Part shown: piece after piece, positions 24,909-37,760 of the stretch
Layout of the letters: the number at the start of each line of letters is the position of its first letter
How positions within the stretch are numbered: the stretch's first letter is position 1
DNA from: Tubiluchus corallicola
Lineage: Eukaryota; Animalia; Priapulida
Direction of reading: 5' to 3'
NCBI GenBank assembly: GCA_030141605.1
Contig: JAQGDQ010000129.1
Span: 442,781 to 506,780, forward strand
DNA length: 64,000 nucleotides
Translations under genes and position numbers: made by a program
Notes under the pieces: generated by a model
What the model was told of the DNA's origin: nothing
What the model saw: only the letters and a program-made list of their open reading frames with translations
Database searches by the model: none

Positions 24909-27900
24909 ATGGACGTTGTAAACAGTGATTTTCCTGTTTTCGGACTTTTACCCAAAAAAGAAACGACTGCGTTGAGTTTTATTAATAAATATCCAGAATA
25001 CGATGGACGAGGCGTTACAATCGCTGTATTAGACACTGGTGTTGACCCAGCGGCAGAAGGTCTCCAGGTAAATGCGTAATCAAATTCATGATACAGAAGG
25101 TGCATTGTGAGCCAGCCTCTTATGTCACAGAGTAGATTGTCAAAATGGCCACCACTTGATGCATATGATTTTTTTTCCATTAGTCTGGGGAAGCGACTAT
25201 TAGGTCTACTAAGTACTATACATTAGTAGTACTTTCACAGGGCCGAGAGAAAAGTGTTTTTCGTCAATTTCACTTCATGATTATTGCACAAACTTGAAGT
25301 TTGGGTTGTTCACTGTTTATTGCATATGTATATATATATATATATATATATCAGTTTTTTATCACCTTCACCCTTCTCCACACACCACAAGGGAATGGCA
25401 CCACCTACCAGAGTCAACAGTCCAGCTTGGCACTCTCAGCCAGTACAGGAGTATCATACGATCGATCTAAACTGGATTAAGGTACGCCACCACATATTGA
25501 ATTCAGTGTAGGGTGCAGCGCCCCTACCTTGAGGAGCTTGGGGATATTTCTACCCGTTTTATTATACACCACTGTAAACTATTTTTGTTTAGTACACGAA
25601 GAAGAAAAATATATATATATATATATATATGTATGTATATATACACAACACAATCACATCTATAGTACATTTGCAATGTTTACAAATGTAATTAGCTACA
25701 AATTTACAATACATGATGTGCAAAATTATACAACAGAAAAAACAATAAAGAGAAAAACAACAATGACTATAATTTTAGACATTATAAACTTTTAAAGTTG
25801 GGCGTCGGGACAGGAAGAGTTCGCGAATGAGGTTCAGGATTTGAACAAAGTTCAGGAACAAGGTTCAGGTGTTGGAACTATCACGCCCCCAATGCCGAAT
25901 GCCCTAGTCATATTTGTTTTAAAGTGAAAATTTGACGAAAATTTACTGTTTCATCTTCTCTGTATGTGATACAAAAAATTTAATAAATGTATTTCTTTTA
26001 CATTAATTCTTAAATTCAAGATATTTTTTACCACAAATGTCTACTGCAGATTTTTTTCTTCTATTTTCACCTGTTTTTAATGCATTTAGTCGTAAGCTTA
26101 TTGTAATAACAGTCTTTATCTGTATTGTTGTCTATTTTCTGTTAAATTAAAAGGTGACAAGTGATGGTCGTCCAAAAATTATAGATCTCATAGACACAAC
26201 TGGTTCAGGCGATATAGATACATCCACGGTTGTTGAAGCTAAAGATGGTGTAATAGTGGGACTGACTGGAAGGAATTTGAAAATTCCTCAGTTGTGGAAC
26301 AACCCTAGTGGGAAATATCATATTGGTGTCAAAAATGCTTTTGAATTGTTTCCGAAAAACTTGCGCGAAAGACTGCAAAAACAGTATCGTGAAAAAGAGT
26401 GGGACCCTCAGCACCGGCTTGCACTTGCCGAGTCATATAAACGACTGGAAAATTTTGAAAGCATACATAATGACAAAAGTCTGACATTTGAACAAAAATT
26501 GATGAAAGAGGAGTTTCAAGCACAAATTGATACCTTAAACAATCTTGATAAAAAGCATGCATATAGTGGGTCTGTGTATGACTGTGTGGTATTTCACGAT
26601 GGTAACACTTGGAGGGCTTGTGTGGATATTAGTGAAGCTGGCAACCTGGAAAATTGTACTGTGCTTGCAAGTTACAGAGAAGAGAGGCAATTTGCAACAT
26701 TCACTAGCACTGATTTAATGAACTACAGTGTTAACATCTACGATGACGGAAACTTGTTAGAAATCGTCGCTAACTGTGGTTCACATGGAACTCATGTTGC
26801 TTGCATTGCAGCTGGATTTTTTAAAGATGAACCAGAAAGGAATGGCATTGCTCCTGGTGCTCAAATTATAGGTGTTAAAATAGGAGACTCGAGGCTAGGA
26901 TCAATGGAGACTGGGACAAGTCTGGTTCGTGCAATGATAAAGGTATTAGTATAAATATTTACTACATTCAGGAATAAGTTTTTTGCAACTTTCATGAATT
27001 TGGGATATAGTGACTGCTTAGCTTGATCTGCTTTGTGTTTTTCATTCTCCTATTTATTTATTCTCTTATTTGGCATGTATAACAATGAGCAAATGTACAA
27101 CATTTTTGAGTAGTCAGCATTGGTTAATTGGTCAATAAGCCTTCTGGTTTAAGTGCTAATACTGTGCCATAAGTTTGCCTTTCTACAAAAACTAAATATA
27201 AAATATATTTTGCTGAATTTGACAATCTGTTGATAACTGTTTTTTCGACTACCTGATTTATTGTGATGCATCTGCAGACATTATGTATACCAGTTCGGGA
27301 ATATCCATATATCAACCCAATCAAGACACTTTAGGATGTATTAAGCGACATTGCTGCTAGCCAGATAATATACTGTCAATTTAAATTGAATGAATATGTT
27401 TTTATGCATGTTGCATGTGATGCTCCAACTTTTGATAGCAGGAGGTTTCTTTTGTGCCAATTTTTAAACTTTTCATACACATGTGTCATTCAACTTCTAG
27501 TTCTTAGCTGCAGTGCAATAAGAGACTGATGAACCACAAAAATTGTTGTTTTTGCAGTCGTTGTTATTTTTGTTGTCATTGCTGCTGCCCGTGATGGTGG
27601 TGGCAGTGATGATAAATAGAAATTACTGTGTTTCATAATTATAATGTGAATTTATTTCAGTATTAAATTAGTATTTTAGCATTCATTTTAAGGTTTATCA
27701 AGAAAAGAAAAAACTAAAACATCAGTAGTAGTTTAAATTTTCTTTTACTTTTGTATTCATTTTTGCAGGTAATAGAGTATAAATGTGACTTAGTTAACTT
27801 CAGTTATGGTGAAACAGCTTGCTGGGAGAACTCCGGACGAATCTGTGATATTATTAGTCAAGCAGTAACGAAGCATGGCATTATATTTGTGTCAAGTGCA

Positions 27901-30549
27901 GGAAATAGCGGACCAGCACTTTCTACCACTGGAACACCAGGTGCAACAACTAGCGCCGTAATTGGCGTTGGAGCATACGTTTCACCAGAAATGATGGCAG
28001 CAGAATACTCGCTAAGAGAGAGGCTACCTGGCAACCATTATACGTGGTCTTCTCGGGGCCCAGCACAGGATGGTCACTTAGGAGTTAGCATATCAGCGCC
28101 AGGCGCAGCTATTACATCTGTGCCTAACTGGACTTTGCGGGGTTCTCAACTAATGAATGGTACATCAATGAGTTCGCCTAATGCATGCGGAGGGATAGCA
28201 TTGTTGTTGTCTGCACTCAAATTTAATCAGATTGCTTACTCTCCATTTTCTGTACGTAGAGCTATTGAAAATACAGCTCAAGTATTAGATGGCATAGAAG
28301 TTTTTGCTCAAGGTAATGGCCTATTACAAGTAGAAAAAGCTCATAATCATTTGATGGAATATAAGTCTTGCCAAGAAAATGATGTAAGTTTTACAATAAG
28401 CATAGGTGGAAAGCGTGGCATTTATCTTCGTGAACCTGCCAACTTGGCAAAACCTGTTGAGATGTCTGTTAGTGTGGAGCCAGTTTTCTTCGAGCCAAAT
28501 GTTATGGAAAATAAAGATAAAGTGTTGTTTAACATGAGATTCAGCTTGTTGTGTAACGCTTCCTGGGTTGCCGCTCCTTCTCATTTGGATTTAATGAATA
28601 TGTCCAGAACATTTACCATCAAAATAAACCCTGTTGGACTGCAGATTGGTGTTCATTATACAGAGATTCAAGCTTATGACGTGAATGGACCCAACAAGGG
28701 ACCATTGTTCAGAATTCCTGTCACAGTTGTTGTTCCTGAACAGGTACATGACACTTTTAATTTCCAACTGCATTTTCCACAAACATCTTTTACTGCAGGG
28801 CAAATAAGAAGGCATTTTGTTCAGGTGCCTGAAGGTGCGACTTGGGCTGTACTTCATTTTCACGTGCGCAGTGATGACTTGAATTCGCGCTTTGTGTTTC
28901 ATATTATGCAGTTGATTCCGCAGTGTACTCACAAGGCTTTAGAGTTCTATAAATTTGTCAACTTGTCTGAGCTAGGTGAAAGCACTCAAGCTTTCAAGGT
29001 TCTGGGTGGATGCACTATGGAGCTGTGTATCTCTAAATGGTGGGCAAGCATTGGATCAGTAGTAGTAGATTACAGTCTCACATTTCATGGCCTAGAGCCA
29101 AATTCTACAGAAATCACTATGCATGCAGCTTGTGGTATTACTCGAATTGATGTTGCATCACCATTAAAGCATGAAGAAATCAGTCCTACTATATCACTCA
29201 AGCATTACGTACAACCACTACGCCCCAATGAAGTCAAAATTCGTGCTTTAGGGCCTAGAGATGTTTTGCCTGAAGGTAAGCAGATATATGAATTAGTTCT
29301 CACGTATTCTTTTCATCAAGTTAAAACTTCTGAAGTTACCCCAGCTTGTCCAGTTCTATGTGATCTACTGTATGAATCTGAATATGAGGCACAGCTTTGG
29401 ATGATTTTTGATTGCAACAAGCATCTCGTAGCATCAGGCGATGCATTTCCAAATCAGTACTCAGTTAAGTTAGATAAAGGGGATTACATACTGAAGGTGC
29501 AAGTTCGACATGATAAAAAAGAATTACTTGACAAACTGAAAGATATGTCAATAGTGGTACAATATAAATTGGCCAATCCACTTTCGTTAGATATCTATTC
29601 AACTCGTACTAGTGCTATGGTTGGCGGAAAAAAAATGAACACTTTTAATTGCCCGCCTGGTGTTTTTATTCCCATATTTATAACACCTCTTGCCGAAGAA
29701 AAGGTGCCAAAAGGATGTGCTGCTGGAAACATGCTGACGGGTACCATTTCCTACGCTAAAGATGAATTAGGACGCAAAGCTTGTACCTACCCTTTCAGGT
29801 ACATAACAACAGACCATATAAAGAAAACTGTGACAAAAAGCAATAACCACAACAAATCTGAGAAAGACAAATCTAAAGAAGATGAATTCCGAGAAGCTGT
29901 TAGAGATTTTAAAATATCGTGGATTGCCAAGCTGGAAACTGATACTTTGTATAAGGAGCTTTGTGAATCTGAAGCAGCTGATCATCTTCCATTGCACATG
30001 GCATGGCTTACTACACTAGATAGAGAAGCTGGTAGAAAGTCGAGGTTGAAAGAAATCATAGATCAGGCTAAACTGGTCATTTCTAAGATCGACATTCAAG
30101 CATTGCTTTGTTATTATGGTTCGAAATCTGACAGTCGTTCTGATGCTACAATAGTCAAAGCCAACATGGACAAAGAAAAGGCCATCCTTATTGAAAGTCT
30201 GGCTCGTCTTGGCTCTGCTAAATTCGAATCGTTAGATTCAGTAGATGCAGCGGAAGTTGATCAGATTCAAGCTGTAACAGCAGAACTCAATGATATCATA
30301 TCTGAAATACTAAAATTTGCTGACTATAGTGATGCCAAGGTCATAGACTTTTCTGTAAATCATGCCATCATAAACCAGCATTATGGACGTGCCCTGAAAT
30401 TAGTTCTGAAACAATTGGAAGAAAAGCCTACAAAGGAGAATGAAGCAGTAGCAGTCAAACTGTATAGAAAATTAGGTTGGAACCACTGTGCTAAGTATTT
30501 CGATAACCTTGTGCTAGTCAAATATCCACCCAGCTACAGATTATTTTAA
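24909..30549 (+). CDS. TPP2: Tripeptidyl-peptidase II (S8 subtilase), 3 exons, ~1242 aa
   Basis: Exons 24909-25067, 26154-26942, 27769-30549, all phase 0 (3729 nt). Catalytic triad [23 protein letters not shown] and oxyanion SSAGNSGP. N-terminus [13 protein letters not shown]-terminus KYPPSYRLF. Confidence 0.97.
25329..25643. repeat. ~260-bp probable retroposon 3' fragment flanked by (TA)n microsatellite on both sides (TPP2 intron 1)
   Basis: (TA)n at 25329-25351 and 25610-25643 bracket a more GC-rich insert ending in a GAAGAAGAA tail. Confidence 0.5.
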
Positions 30550-32621
30550 CAGTGTGGCTCAGCATAGAAGTTTCTTTGTTTGCTGTGCAGCTCCATGTGA
30601 TCCACTCTGAATAACTCAGGTTACAGTGCTTGTATGTCTCTTTCACTTTTTTGCTTAATTGCATGTGGCTTACTATCATTTTGTGCTTGTTAGCTTTAAC
30701 TTTTTATGCTGCAAAGCAGGTTAATTCATTTTTCCTCGTGTGATGAGTTTTTTTATGTGGTCTTATATACAAAATTTGATAGGCAATTGTACTTACTATA
30801 TCTGACGTTATTGTTTTTATAGTACATTGTTAAATTTCAAAATCTTATTTGCTCACTAGTTTTATTTTAACATTCTTTTTACACTAACTTACAGTATTAA
30901 TTGCTTGCACTTTAGTAATTCTAGAGTGCATATTTCAATGCTGCAGCCTTCAGAAGCTCATTAAGTTTTTGAGGTAAACGTTTTTGACAAAATTTGTCAT
31001 TTTTGCAGAATAGCTAACAGAGTAACACATCAGTTTAGCAGACCAAATTAAAAAATATCATTTGCTAAAATTTGTGGATTTTTAACTTAGTTAGCCAACA
31101 GAGCTTTGATCAAGAATATTGCCAAAGGGTGGAAGCCACTTTTTTACAACACATGAGAATGAAAATTTTCAGAGTTATGAGCCATTACAAAAGGCAGAGT
31201 TTTGGTTTTTCACATGAGACTGAAATTTTTTTCTGTTCATCTTTAATAGTTATCACTAGTTGATTGTTTCTGAGTTTCCGGAAACCATGGTGTTTCAATG
31301 CACAATTTTAATTGCTGATTTAAACTTCAGAGCTATTTTTAATTTTGTTATAATTATCAGCCAACTGAATTTGTCTCCCTATAATAACATAGATCTACGT
31401 ATTTGTATTAATTTAGCACACCACAAACACTTTCACTAGAAGCAAAACGGTGTATGTCATAGAAAACTACGTAACTGCTGCAGTTAAATTCAACACCATT
31501 CATTACTTCAATGAATACTGCCTTTAATTCCATATTTGCTTTTTTTTATCCTCTTTGATGAAATCTCTAGTCCTGTGTCATTTAACGTAGTTGAACAATT
31601 TTAATTGCAAACTCCCATTTAGTATAACACACACCAGACTTTGTACATTACCGCAAAAGATTACATCTTAACCTTTTCCCATCCCTATTTTCACACGTAT
31701 CTTAGTCTCACCTACAGACTCTCAAAATTTTTCTAAAGGTCACCGTTTAATCCCTCTTCCTGCGAGCCTTTATGTATGCACTACACTACAGTATGCAACA
31801 CATAGTTTGCACATTAGCCATGAAGTGTCACAGTTTTAATCCCTTCCTTACTGCCAGGCCAACAAACAAACTGCAAAAATTCATTTAACCATCATTATTC
31901 AATTTTTTTTTTGTTGTTGCGTGCTCCAATATGACTTATTATAAGACGCACTTTTTACTTTTCTTGGAAACGGTCACGTTTCTGGCACTCAAGCACCAGA
32001 TTACAAATTCCAAAATTCACATTTTTATTCCTGTTTCAATTTCAATTGTTCAGTCAGCTTTATTTGCGCAAATATATACAATGTACATTGGCAAAGCAAT
32101 ACACGTTAAATACTACATAAAACAAAAAAAACATAATAGGCTGTGTGTAAAGTGCGTCCGTTTCGTTCATCTGCATTTTGTCTCATGATATCCTTTCATA
32201 CAATGTATGCACGAAATAAGTAGTAGCACACTTTTTACCAAAGCCACAAACGTAACCACTTTCTTCAAAGTAAATTAAATTGGTCTTGTTCACTAAAACC
32301 CCACACCCTCCATCAACCAACTGAGTCACCCTGCTACTAAAACCCTAGCCGTATATCCAGCATCACCGCGTACTCAAAATTTTCCCCCATCTGGGCTTTA
32401 AGCATGAAGCTTCATTTTCAACTGTATAGTTTCTGGGATATTAAGCGAAATAAAAGCACAGAAGTAAATGTACATTAAAATATGAATAATTAGTAACTAT
32501 TCCCATTTTGTCGAAGAAGTAACTCTGGAGAGGAGATCAGTATAGGCTTTATTAATACAATTTACCCTTTTAAAATGTTAACCTGAATTATCACAGTATG
32601 AATTCTTTATTATTACAGTGC

Positions 32622-32684
32622 ATAAGTGATCAAGAATTAAACCCTTAATTAATGCTCACCCCTAATTAATTCTTGATCACTTAT
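32622..32684. repeat. 63-bp mini inverted repeat (collapsed MITE or hairpin)
   Basis: Perfect 19-bp arms ATAAGTGATCAAGAATTAA (32622-32640) and TTAATTCTTGATCACTTAT (32666-32684). Confidence 0.75.
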
Positions 32685-33244
32685 TCGAAAGATATTGGAG
32701 CAAGTTTTCGAACCACTAGTAAAAAATGGTCTTAAAAGGATCATGCACATTACTTGATTTTGTTCTGCAGTAAAACCACTATTAGTTTGTTAAAAATATT
32801 GCACAGAAACTGCAACTAAACCACACTGATCGCATGATGTTTCAAGCATTTTAATTATAAAGAACGTATGTGACTGAGGTACTGAATTATTCGAATCTAT
32901 AATTTTAGGTTTCGATTTGGATTCGAACTCGAACGTTCGATGCTCACCCATAGAACTAATCCCTCTGCCTTTGCTGAATTTCCAAATTACTAAATTAACC
33001 TGACATTGCGTGAGTTTAATAACAACACAGTGAGTTAGTTAGGAGCAGCTAGTCTTGGCCTGTGTGTTTTGTTACTCTTATCTATTTCATGTCTTTCGTT
33101 CTTTTTTCTAACATTTTAACGCCGAGGTGTTGATCGTGGAGATTCACGGAGATCAATTTATGATATCTATCAAAGTGCGTTTACGATGTTCGCTATTGCT
33201 AGTTTACACTTATACTAACGACCACCAACTTCATCTAAAGCAGT

Positions 33245-33700
33245 GTAATAGGTGATGATGGTAACTAGGTCTGTAAGCTTGGGCAGGCTTGTGTTGTCCC
33301 CTCCCCCCAATCTTCTTCAAAAACTCTTCCAAGTTGCTCTTTACACTGGCAGAATTCACCGCTTCTTCCGTCAACCGGTTACTGGTGTTTATAACCCTTT
33401 GGCTAAAACTGTATTTCCTAAGTCTGCTGTCATCACTAACAGTAAAAAAGTCATTACATTCCAGACCTTCAATCCTATCACAATTCTCAAAACTTCAGTC
33501 AGTCTACGGCGTTCTAGAGGCATCAATTTGCATTTCAGTTTCTGTTCATATGTTAACTCTGGCAAAGTAGCACACTCGATCAAGATTATCGCGCTCTCTT
33601 TTATACACCTTCTAGCAATCTAATATCTTTCACGATGTAGGGTCTCCATTCAGCTCTGAAGAAAAAATTAAAGTTGCCTCAAGATAATCCACTTATTAAA
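33245..33700 (-). mobile_element. CR1-clade LINE 3'-end fragment
   Basis: Minus-strand remnants LLEGV*KRA, LTYEQKLKCKLMPLERRRL and FSQRVINT.NRL, followed by 3' UTR. Confidence 0.7.
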
Positions 33701-33794
33701 GCTTTCCATGAATCAGTTCAGTCATTAAAAAACCAAGAGGCACCAGGTTACTTAAATGGTTGGATGTAGTGTGAAAAGATTTCAACGGAAAATC

Positions 33795-34474
33795 GGGAGC
33801 GGAGTAGGACAATTGCCGTACATGGACTAGCCCAAGTAGGACGCGTTGTACATGGGCTACCCAAGTAGGACACTAAAGACCCCCAGGTCACGAATTGAGT
33901 TGTTAACCATAGTGGCAGCATCCGTCATCCTTCTTTATTTTTAATAATAATCATCAGCAATGTCAGTACACTTTGAATAATTTATTATACATCTGATAAA
34001 ATAAAAGAATCTTATTCTGAGCTTGTCGAATGAGCTGGCTTTGAGATTAATCTTTTTGAAGTGAAATAAACCCACTTTTCAGGCGATTCCAACATATGGT
34101 TGAGGTATGTCATTTTTATTTTGTCTCACTTCACACACAGCTGATCCGTTTTACTACTTCTTCAAATAATTGTTTTCTCCTAAGCAAATGGCCTAGCGAG
34201 CCATGTACTGCCACGTGGTATACAAGATACTGAGCCATTTACTCTCTGTTATAATACTCTTTGGATTATTGAAATTAATTGTCTGCCTTTCCTCAAAGCT
34301 AAAACTTATTTTTTCATGTTGTGAAGGCTTATATCAGCATCTGTTTCATTTTCAAATTTGTGAGAGAAATCGCTAATGGGCTGCCCATGTACGACACTTG
34401 TTTTCCACAAATTTAGCACATGTGCCTTGGGCCAAGTGTCCTACCTCAGGTAGTGGCGTACTCCGTGCCCTACA
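33795..34474. mobile_element. Family B TIR element, copy 2 (left TIR partly deleted)
   Basis: Collinear with 4487-5418: TAGCCCAAGTAGGAC repeats, CGAATTGAGTTGTTAA, GAAGTGAAATAAACCCACTTT, and right end GTGTCCTAC...GCCCTACA. Confidence 0.85.
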
Positions 34475-34526
34475 AGATACTTTTTCCTAGAGAGTAGCTA
34501 AGGATCGAAACGCTTGGCAGCAAAAG

Positions 34527-36004
34527 TAGATTTGCCACCACTCCAGATTTGGCCAGGAGTCTTCCGAAATTCAGTCACACATCTGTAGTTAGATCAGATT
34601 TTTCAAAAATTCTGAAATCTGATTTCAACCATCAAACTGAAATTTAAGTGGAAAAACCTAAAACCATGCATGCTATTGAAACATTGAATAAGAGAAAGCT
34701 AAAAATAGCAAAATCTCTATTAAGTAAAATAGTAAACTTATTAAATTAAATTTAAATGATTACATGGCTTCATCACCCTGTCTGCATTTTTTGCCAATTT
34801 TTCTACAGCAGCAGTTGCTGCAATGCAAGTTCCATTTTAGCTTTAATTCACATCACAAATTACACAAACTATTTCCAGCAATTTAAAAACGTGAGAAATG
34901 TATTGGGACTGAGAAGGAACTTCAAAAATTATGTACAGTCTAGCCTCGTTATCTCGCCCCTCGTTATGCCGCCAAACTCGTCTCTCGCCATAGAAAGTAC
35001 CAGGACGGATTTCCTGCTTTGATATTTACCTCGTTAAGTCGCCACCCTCGCTTCTCGCCCTCGCCACGTCATGCTAGGATGAGTGCTTATGTAAACTATG
35101 TATATTCGTTATGTCGCCAAACAGACAAACTCAGAGGTGAATCGATCAATACATATACCGCGTGTCGATCAATATAACCGTGGTATGTAGACAATGCTGC
35201 TGTACTCGATAGACAGACATAATTAATCTAGTGTGTGTCTCACCAGGATTAGATTAGGAGTGCTGTGGTTGGTTAATGCGCAGAGAAACTAAAGCGTCAC
35301 CGATATCCTTACTCTATAACAGGTGTCGACACACTGATGCGATACTTTGAACAGTCTGACAGAGTCACAAGCGACGATATTCAAGGATTGTGTTTGATTA
35401 AACGTCGTGTTGACTGCTTGTGTGTATCATCAATCAAACAGTCGTTACTTCTGAATTATTTCAGCCATCAGTAACTCATTTGTGAACATTTCTAAATCTT
35501 TTGCTAAGTTTATTGCATTTAAGTGTATACTCGAAAAAGGTTTTTTAAATGAAAAAGTAACATTTTAAGATTATTTTTATGACATTTTTTCATTTCTGAT
35601 TTAATGTTGATTGGTATCATAATGCAAAATATGTTTTATATGTACATAGAGGAACACTATGTTAATCAACTATTATGTATATACATATAGACTAACTTCG
35701 TTATATTCCCGTTATCTCGCCATACTCGCCTCTCGCCAAAAATTTGCCCTAGACAGACAGTGGCGAGATAACGAGGCTAGACTGTACATTGCTTGCACTT
35801 GTGTAAGTTTTACACTTTTAGGACTTTCTCAGAGTCCTAAGTGAAGAAATTTGTACTACATTGTGATTTAAATTTCTTGATTTTTGTTTATGAAAAAGTG
35901 CCCATAAAGACGCCTAAAATACAGGAAACTCTGCCCTATGCAGGCCCCACTCCGTAGCTGGCTTTTAACTCCTGGTTTTGGTTCATGACATGGTGGCAAC
36001 CCTA
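34527..36004. mobile_element. Non-autonomous hAT-type element hosting a nested pogo-type MITE
   Basis: Termini TAGATTTGCCACC / GGTGGCAACCCTA. 8-bp TSD AGCAAAAG (34519-34526) / AGCAGAAG (36005-36012). A related terminus CTGGCAACCCTA occurs at about 61757-61768. Confidence 0.7.
34936..35784. mobile_element. Tc1/pogo(Tigger)-type MITE, family C
   Basis: Perfect 23-bp TIR CAGTCTAGCCTCGTTATCTCGCC / GGCGAGATAACGAGGCTAGACTG, TA TSD, and subterminal CTCGTTA/CTCGCC repeats. Confidence 0.9.
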
Positions 36005-37634
36005 AGCAGAAGGTTAATACTTAATAGTTTGTCCTTCGATGAATGAACACAAATCATGACATGATGAGCACGGAAGTGGTGCTGATAACAAACTGGCATA
36101 GCAGTGTCTAGTTCTTTTTTGCTGGGATTACTTCTGTGTTTACCTGTCTTGATGGAAGATTTAATTCATTTTAGCATTCTACCTGCCCAATGTCTACAAT
36201 AGACGTAATTTGCATATGACTCAGATAAATTTATTTATCTCTTGTAATATACAATAATGTCAAGTACATAAACAAAATAAGTCATTAGTTTACAGAAGGG
36301 GAAGCGAAACAATTGTGGAGGTTGGGCGATTCAGCCACCCTCTTAGTTAAAAAGACGATTTACAGAGAACTGGAATGAAATAAACAAAGTCCTGTCAAAC
36401 TGAAACAATACAGTAATGATAAAATGATTACAAACAAAAGAATCAATCTAGTTTTAAGTGGAAAAACAATAATACCATAGTCAAAAAACATAAACCAGCA
36501 GACATTTCCTTTGCTAATTAGACAAAACAATTGAGAAACAAAAACAAAAAGCTGTCAGAAGTATATATTTATCGGACTTGAAATTGGGGTAGTGTATGAT
36601 AAATCATACAATTTCCTTTAATTTACAAAAACAAATTGGTTTGTGTATGGTATTATAATAACTATCAAATCAAAAGCAAAAACAAAGAAACAAAATTTAA
36701 AGCAAAACAGCAAGCAACTTGTTGTTTTAAGCATAAAAAGCAAGAACTTGAAAACTGGAAATATAAACTGCTAAAACGAATTCATGCATAAAATTATAAA
36801 AAACTACAACCAAAATAATTGTGCTTTAAGAAAAACAAAAATTAAGGAAATTAAGTCAGCATAAAATAAGCCCATGAAATAATGCAACATAATACTAATA
36901 ATAATTTGGTTAACAAAATAGATACATGCAGACAAAGCAACATTACTTTTGTCATTAGAACTGATTTTTCCAAAGGCAAATATTTGCCTTTTGTCAATTT
37001 TATTAGGCTAACTGAAAAGTCTTGTTGAGTACCTTTTATATAAGTACAGGTTTGTTTTTTTTCCGTATCATTTCTTTATCTGCTAATGCATAATGCTGAA
37101 AAAAATACGGAAAATTATACAATATCACTTAACCTTTACACTTATCATTACAAAGACTATATTCACCAATAAAAGTTGCACTGTATTTAGTTACCATATT
37201 TTTAAAGAGACATTAGTAATGTTTACTGGTAATGAATAAAATAATTTAGCACTTTGGTATTTTAATCACTGTTGTCCTTTAGTGGTATTAAATCTTTTCA
37301 ACAAAAAAGCGAATTTTTTGGGGCTGATCTAATGAATGTTCGATACAGGTGCTGTGAATGTTGGATATAGGTGTATAATAAGTTATTATTATTAATAAAC
37401 AGAAAAAAGGTTTGGCAGCGTATTATTCCTGAATTTGTACACAAATTTAGCTAATTCTAATTTATAGATATCAGATAGTTTTGACAGTCTTAGAACAGCA
37501 CATGAAGGCCAGTGCTTGATGAGTACAAACTTTACTCTTTGATGAGCTTTCAATACTGATAACTAATTATAAGAGGAATTTCAAATTCTATCTAATGTCA
37601 GTAATTATAAATGCAAGAAGTATTAGATGACTCA

Positions 37635-37760
37635 CTGTCCAAATGCCCAGATATGTTACTATCCAAATATTCATTGCCCAAGTGTCCGCTACCCCAGTAT
37701 CCAGTACGTCCTTTGCCCAAGAGTGCACTGCCCAAATGTCTACTGTTCAAGTGTCCCCTG
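37635..37760. repeat. Degenerate ~15-bp tandem repeat (TGCCCAAATGTCC-like), probably the subterminal array of a DNA transposon
   Basis: Recurrent TGCCCAA/TGTCCAA/TATCCA units. These explain the overlapping short ORFs at 37598-37888. Confidence 0.6.

Noticed and set aside
31380-32400. Possible further LINE remnants (also ~36230-36360, ~50340-50700, ~54210-54340)
   Set aside because: Too decayed to give defensible boundaries or motifs by eye.
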